Shown here one piece after another: positions 23,994 through 28,768 of a DNA stretch of 28,768 nucleotides. The DNA lies in IMG/VR virus record IMGVR_UViG_3300037153_000198, positions 1 through 28,768 of that record. One strand, given 5' to 3'. Made by a program: the position numbers and the translations under genes. The notes beneath the pieces are model-generated. The model ran no database searches, had not been told where the DNA came from, and saw nothing but the letters and a program-made list of their open reading frames with translations. The DNA comes from a virus. Lineage: Duplodnaviria; Caudoviricetes. Each line of letters starts with the position of its first letter. Position 1 is the first letter of the stretch.

Positions 23994-24872
23994 ATGCCGT
24001 CCCGGCTGGTTTACCCGCATTCGCCAGGCGCCCGCCCGTCGCAGGTGTCGTCGACGAACCTGGCGGCCAACTACATGCCGAAGCTCGTAAAGGCGATGGT
24101 CGCTCCGCCTTCCGCTTCGGGGGCGCCGCCCCCGGCGAACTGGGACGCGGGCGGTGTGACGACAACGACGCACACGCCGGGCCGCTGGGACATGCCCGAC
24201 TATCAGGCGATCATCGCGGCCGACCCGAACCTGGCCGCGCAGAACGCGCAGATCCAGGCGTCCGGGGAGAACGCCGCCGCCGCGCGCCGCGCGCAGGCGC
24301 AGCAGCAGGTGGTCAAGTACGGCTTCACGCCGGGGGCGTGGGGCAACCAGTTCGGCGACATCGACGCGGCGACGCTCCAGGCCGCCCTGGCGAACCCGCA
24401 GTCGACGCTCGCCCAGCTAACACAGGCCCGCCAGCGTGGCAGCGCCGACTTGGAAGCGGAGCTTGCCGGGCGCGGCATCGTCCGGTCGGGGGCGCTGACC
24501 GGTGGCGAGAACATGCTGCTCACGGACTTCCAGAAGGCGCAGTCGACGGCGGCGCAGCAGCTACTGGACGCGCTGAACGGGTACGAGGCCACGTACGGGT
24601 CGACGATGTCGGATTTGGAGCAGAAGCGGCTCCAGGCGGCCCGGGACGCGGCGCTGCTGGCGGCGCAGATGAACCCGCCGACCTGGGTGGATCCGACCGA
24701 CGTGACGACGACCACCTACCCGGACAACAGTGGCGGCTACACGCCTCTGCCGCCGGGGCCGATCGCGCCCGCCGACATTCCGCCCAGCTATCCGGGCGAC
24801 ATCTACTGGAACCCGTCAACCGGCACTTATCAGCCGGGGAAGCCCGCCGGTGGCGGCATCTGGGCGGTCTAG
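23994..24872 (+). CDS. Putative internal virion (ejection) protein 1 (292 aa)
   Basis: SD GGAGGAG; Ala/Gln-rich helical; LAGRGIVRSG motif typical of podoviral ejection proteins; position after nozzle. Confidence 0.7.
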   Translation: MPSRLVYPHSPGARPSQVSSTNLAANYMPKLVKAMVAPPSASGAPPPANWDAGGVTTTTHTPGRWDMPDYQAIIAADPNLAAQNAQIQASGENAAAARRAQAQQQVVKYGFTPGAWGNQFGDIDAATLQAALANPQSTLAQLTQARQRGSADLEAELAGRGIVRSGALTGGENMLLTDFQKAQSTAAQQLLDALNGYEATYGSTMSDLEQKRLQAARDAALLAAQMNPPTWVDPTDVTTTTYPDNSGGYTPLPPGPIAPADIPPSYPGDIYWNPSTGTYQPGKPAGGGIWAV

Positions 24873-26345
24873 ATGACGATCATGTACTACCCGCATTCGC
24901 CGGGTCTGCGTCCGCATCGGACATCGCGGACGAACCTGGCGGTGAACTACATGCCGCCGGTACGGCCGCTGCCGCCGAGAGTGGCGCCGAGAGCGGTGAC
25001 GCCGAAGGTGGCGCCGGAGGATCCGTACCTGGCGCAGGCGAGACTGATGGCCTCAGCGCTCCTGGATCCGCAGGTGTCGGCGGCGAACCGCGCGGCCGAG
25101 CAGGCCCAGCGCGACTCGCTCGCCCGCGCGCAAGCGTACGCCGGGGTCACCTCGGCGCTCGGCGAGTACACGAAAGGGCTGCCGGAGGCTGTCCGTTCCG
25201 CCTACCAGACGGCGGCGAACGACGTGTCCGGGTACGCGCAAGGGATCACAGGTGCGGCTGGCGAGAACTCGCGGGCGGCAGCGGCCGAGGCTGCCGCCCG
25301 CATCGCCCAGATCGGCTCGCCTGGGCTGCCTTCTCCTACCGCGGATCCGAACTACGAGAACACGGTCGCGTACACGGGCGGGCTGATCCCGGCGCGGGAG
25401 CTTGCCGGGAGCGCGGCGTCGGCGTTCACGGAGATGTCCGGGCTGCGTACCGCGTCCGGGCTGGCGATGGCGCAGGCCGCGCAGAAGCAGGCCCAGACGG
25501 ATTCGGCGGCGGTGGCGGAGCTTCGCCAGAAGGCGGTCGACCTGGAGGGAACCAGGGCGGGCGAGGTGGCGAAGCAGCTTCTCGCGTTGCACGACGAGGC
25601 TCGCCAGCAGCAGTCGGTCGACATTCAGCAGTCGGCGCTTCGTGTGCAGCAGGGACAGCTTCGGCTGTCGCAGGCGAAGACGGCGCAGGATCAGGCTGCG
25701 GCGATGTCGGACATCACCGGCACCGTCTGGGTTGTCCGCAACGGCCGGGCTGTCGACACGGGAAAGGCGGCACCTGGGACGACCGGCTACAAGGCGCTGC
25801 ATCCGGGGTCGACGCAGACGCCGTCGCCGTTCCAGCACACCACGATCGGCAAGCATCCGGTGACGTTCAACCCGAACACGGGCGCCTACACCGACCCGTC
25901 GACGCAGGCGACGATCCCGCAGGCGACGATCGACAAATGGCTGAAGGAGGCGAAGGCTGCCGCTGCCAGCGGCGGAAGTCAGAAGGGGTTCCAGCATTCG
26001 ACGATCAACGGCGTCTCGGTCGTGTTCGACCCGAACACCGGCAACACGTACCTGGCCGGGGACATGCGGCACCCGCTCTCCTCGGACGAGTTGAAGAAGT
26101 TGAAGAACACGAGTCCGGCGGCGATCCAGCAGTCGCGGGCGCAAGCACGGACGGGGATCGCGACAGTGCTTCAGGGGACAGCGAAGATCAAGGCGCAGCC
26201 GAAGGCGAAGCCGGAGGACATTCTCCGGCTGCTCGTCGCGCAGGGGGTGCCGAACTGGATCGCGGTGCAGGCGCTGCTGGCGGAAGCTCCGAACCACAAG
26301 GGCCAGGTGGCCTGGGAGAACTTCCAGAAGAACTGGGGCCGCTAG
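24873..26345 (+). CDS. Putative internal virion (ejection) protein 2 (490 aa)
   Basis: Ala/Gln-rich helical; GC3-rich codons; synteny. Confidence 0.7.
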   Translation: MTIMYYPHSPGLRPHRTSRTNLAVNYMPPVRPLPPRVAPRAVTPKVAPEDPYLAQARLMASALLDPQVSAANRAAEQAQRDSLARAQAYAGVTSALGEYTKGLPEAVRSAYQTAANDVSGYAQGITGAAGENSRAAAAEAAARIAQIGSPGLPSPTADPNYENTVAYTGGLIPARELAGSAASAFTEMSGLRTASGLAMAQAAQKQAQTDSAAVAELRQKAVDLEGTRAGEVAKQLLALHDEARQQQSVDIQQSALRVQQGQLRLSQAKTAQDQAAAMSDITGTVWVVRNGRAVDTGKAAPGTTGYKALHPGSTQTPSPFQHTTIGKHPVTFNPNTGAYTDPSTQATIPQATIDKWLKEAKAAAASGGSQKGFQHSTINGVSVVFDPNTGNTYLAGDMRHPLSSDELKKLKNTSPAAIQQSRAQARTGIATVLQGTAKIKAQPKAKPEDILRLLVAQGVPNWIAVQALLAEAPNHKGQVAWENFQKNWGR

Positions 26346-28768
26346 ATGGCTCATATCGGTGGCAGCACGCTGCCGAAGAAGAAGGTGCTGCTTCCGCCCG
26401 GCACCACTGTCACGCCCGGGCTGAAGCCTCCGCCGCCGCTGCCGGTGGCTGCGCCGTCAGGGCGCCGCGTGAACCCGCGCGACGTCGCGCGCGCGTCGGC
26501 CGCTGTCAGGGTCGCCGTCGCGAACCCGGACAGCCAGCATGTGGCGGCGCTCCAGCAGGAGCTTCGCAACCAGGGCTACAACATCGCGGTCGACGGCGTC
26601 TGGGGGCCGCAGAGCGAGCAGGCGTGGGGGCACTACTCGAACATCCTGGACAGGTACGGGCGACGGCAGACCGAGCAGCGGGCGACCCGGATCCTCGCGC
26701 ACCCTGAGGCGGCGACGCCGAAGGAGAAGCTGGACGTGTTCGGGTTCCAGAACGCGGCGGCGATCGACACCGCTGCCGCGCGCAGAAGACGCGACAAGGA
26801 GATCGACCGGCTCGCGAACGAGATCACGTTCAACGACCGTCTCAGCCCGCAAAGCATGTCGCTTGCGAAGCGGCGCACCCGCTCCGACCCGTCCTACCAG
26901 GACGACCTGAACGAGGCCGTCCACCAGAAGACGATGCAGGCGGTCGCGGCGTCAGGGGCCAGCCCGGTGCGCGTACCGATCCCGGGGACAGGGATCAAGG
27001 TCGACCCGTTCAGCGTCCAGATGGTGAACCAGGCGGCGGATCCGCTGGAGTGGCTGAAGGCGGGGATCCAGGGCGGCATCGACATCAGCCGCGGCCACTA
27101 CCTGGCGGGCGGGATCGGTGTCGCGTCTGTGCTGCCGGTGTTCCGGCCGTTGCGCGCGACCCGTGCTGCGCTGGAGGCGGCCAGGGCTGCGTCCGCGACC
27201 CGGGATGCGGCTGCGGCGGTCGACGCCGGGATGCAGAGCTTCCGCGCCGGGCAGGGCGTGATCAAGCCGTCGATCAAGGCGGCAGCCCGTGCGGCCACGC
27301 GCGACCCGGGGTTGCGCTCGTCACCGGAGCGGACGGCGTTCGTGAACGCGATCCTCGCCTCGGGGCCGCGGAAGGAGGCGCAGTCGGTGATCGCGCATGT
27401 GGACGCGGCTGTGCATCACGAGACGAAAGGCTTGCGCGGCGAGGCCAGACTGGATGCGGCGCGGAAGCTGTACCGGGACATGCACACAAAGAGTGTCGGC
27501 CCGGAGGATCCGTTCCACACGTTCCAGCCGGAGGTGACCGGAAAGCATCTGGACGACAAGCTGAACCCGGATCACGCGAGTAAGGGGTTCCCGCTCAGCC
27601 CGAAGCGGTTCGGCACCGTTAACGGGAAGCGTGTCGTCGTTGTCGGCCGCCCGACGAAGAGCGAATGGGTGAAGCGTGTCGTGGCTGCGATCCCGGACGC
27701 GGCGGAGCGGCTGAAGTGGAAGAACTGGTACCGGGAGATCTGGCCGAAGCTGCAAGAGCATTTCGGTGACGACGCGATCTGGATTCTGCGCGGCTTCGGC
27801 GCGTCACAGGCGAACGCGTCACCGGCGATGGGGCTGACAGCAGTGCTCAGGATGATGGACGACCTGAAGCGCGGCATCCCGTTGTCGGCGGAGGACGCCG
27901 CTCGTTATTCGGCGGTCGCGCATTCGATCATGGACGCGGTGCAGGGGACACCGGTCGAGTCCGGGGTGGCGAAGAAGCTGTCCGACTTCATCGACTCGGT
28001 GCAGCAGCGGTCGACGCGCACGATCATGGGCCACGACGAGAAGGGCGGCTCCCCGTCGGCGATCGACGTCCATTCGGGCCGCGACTTCGGCCACGTCGAC
28101 GAGAAGCTGGTCGCCAGGTTGCAGTCGCTGCACGGGTTGAAGCCGGGCGAGGACTTTGTCGTCGACTCGTCCGGCGTGCCGGACAAGTACCAGTACGAGC
28201 GCGCTGCCGAGTTCTACCAGGAGATCACCGACCACCTGAATCAGATGGACGGCGGCAAAGGCTTCGACGGGTACAACGACTGGACGCCCGCCGAGGTGCA
28301 GGCGCTCGGCTGGGGCGCGATCCAGAGGGTTCATGGCGCCGACCCGGAGGACTTCGCGTTCGCGTTGAAGCGGAACACCGCCGAGATCGGCATCCAGGTG
28401 TTGAACGGGACGCGCGGACTCGGCGACGGGCTGCCATTCGTGGTTCAGCAGCGCGTCACCAACGACGTCGCTTCACAGATCCTGCCGAAGCTGTTCGCCG
28501 AGGAGAACGTGTACGTGCAGAAGATCGAGCGCGGCGCGGCCGGACGTTACGGCGGACAACAGGTTCCGAATCTGGTCGCGCATGTGATCGCCACGCCGGA
28601 GCAGGTGGACAGGATCGTGTCCCGGCTTGCGCAGATCTTCGATCAGTTCGACCCGCAGGCTGTGCGTGTCGGCGTGCAGATCTCGAAGCGCGACCCGGAG
28701 AAGCTGTCGCCGTATGTAAGCCGGGAGGGTCGCGGTGCGCGCACCGTTCCGATTCTGAGCCACGACTG
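26346..28768 (+). CDS. Large multidomain internal virion protein, 3'-truncated (>807 aa; not in ORF track)
   Basis: Manual translation from ATG 26346 (MAHIGGSTLPKKK...) stays open to the window end; PG-binding-like and HhH-GPD glycosylase-like segments. Confidence 0.85.
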   Translation, partial: MAHIGGSTLPKKKVLLPPGTTVTPGLKPPPPLPVAAPSGRRVNPRDVARASAAVRVAVANPDSQHVAALQQELRNQGYNIAVDGVWGPQSEQAWGHYSNILDRYGRRQTEQRATRILAHPEAATPKEKLDVFGFQNAAAIDTAAARRRRDKEIDRLANEITFNDRLSPQSMSLAKRRTRSDPSYQDDLNEAVHQKTMQAVAASGASPVRVPIPGTGIKVDPFSVQMVNQAADPLEWLKAGIQGGIDISRGHYLAGGIGVASVLPVFRPLRATRAALEAARAASATRDAAAAVDAGMQSFRAGQGVIKPSIKAAARAATRDPGLRSSPERTAFVNAILASGPRKEAQSVIAHVDAAVHHETKGLRGEARLDAARKLYRDMHTKSVGPEDPFHTFQPEVTGKHLDDKLNPDHASKGFPLSPKRFGTVNGKRVVVVGRPTKSEWVKRVVAAIPDAAERLKWKNWYREIWPKLQEHFGDDAIWILRGFGASQANASPAMGLTAVLRMMDDLKRGIPLSAEDAARYSAVAHSIMDAVQGTPVESGVAKKLSDFIDSVQQRSTRTIMGHDEKGGSPSAIDVHSGRDFGHVDEKLVARLQSLHGLKPGEDFVVDSSGVPDKYQYERAAEFYQEITDHLNQMDGGKGFDGYNDWTPAEVQALGWGAIQRVHGADPEDFAFALKRNTAEIGIQVLNGTRGLGDGLPFVVQQRVTNDVASQILPKLFAEENVYVQKIERGAAGRYGGQQVPNLVAHVIATPEQVDRIVSRLAQIFDQFDPQAVRVGVQISKRDPEKLSPYVSREGRGARTVPILSHD

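Noticed and set aside
24338-26707. 789-aa plus-strand ORF
   Set aside because: Off-frame Gly/Ala/Arg-rich shadow overlapping three better-supported genes
1-28768. Genome-wide TAG reassignment (genetic code 15)
   Set aside because: Core genes are full length under the standard code; several TAGs double as part of the next SD (TAGGAG) or are out of frame
1-28768. CRISPR array, integrase/att site, tape-measure gene or tail-chaperone frameshift
   Set aside because: No regularly spaced identical repeats, recombinase motifs or long-tail module observed

Overview
High-GC (roughly 68-70% by eye) tailed-phage genome segment with podovirus-like organisation; no tape measure or tail-tube gene is evident. 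Order: structured non-coding region, HNH gene, probable terminase small subunit, accessory block (RHH regulator, CHAP endolysin lysis cassette, RusA, small peptides), an antisense pair (secreted Rpf/lysozyme-like enzyme and HNH), terminase large subunit, portal, scaffold, major capsid, five modular tail-fibre/receptor-binding genes, adaptor and nozzle, and three probable internal virion (ejection) proteins, the last running off the window. An Actinomycetota host is inferred from GC content, the Rpf-like gene and leaderless-type promoters. Most notable: (i) a mix-and-match receptor-binding system, with a conserved 47-aa module before three divergent tips, a shared N-terminal P[ND]PAxxxWVP peptide and a duplicated anchor; (ii) a shared 23-aa N-terminal motif on two ejection proteins; (iii) an HhH-GPD DNA-glycosylase-like domain plus a peptidoglycan-binding domain in the large ejection protein, which the ORF track missed; (iv) a hairpin-rich non-coding region that can sequester the HNH start codon. 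All family calls are by-eye motif recognition; no database searches were run.
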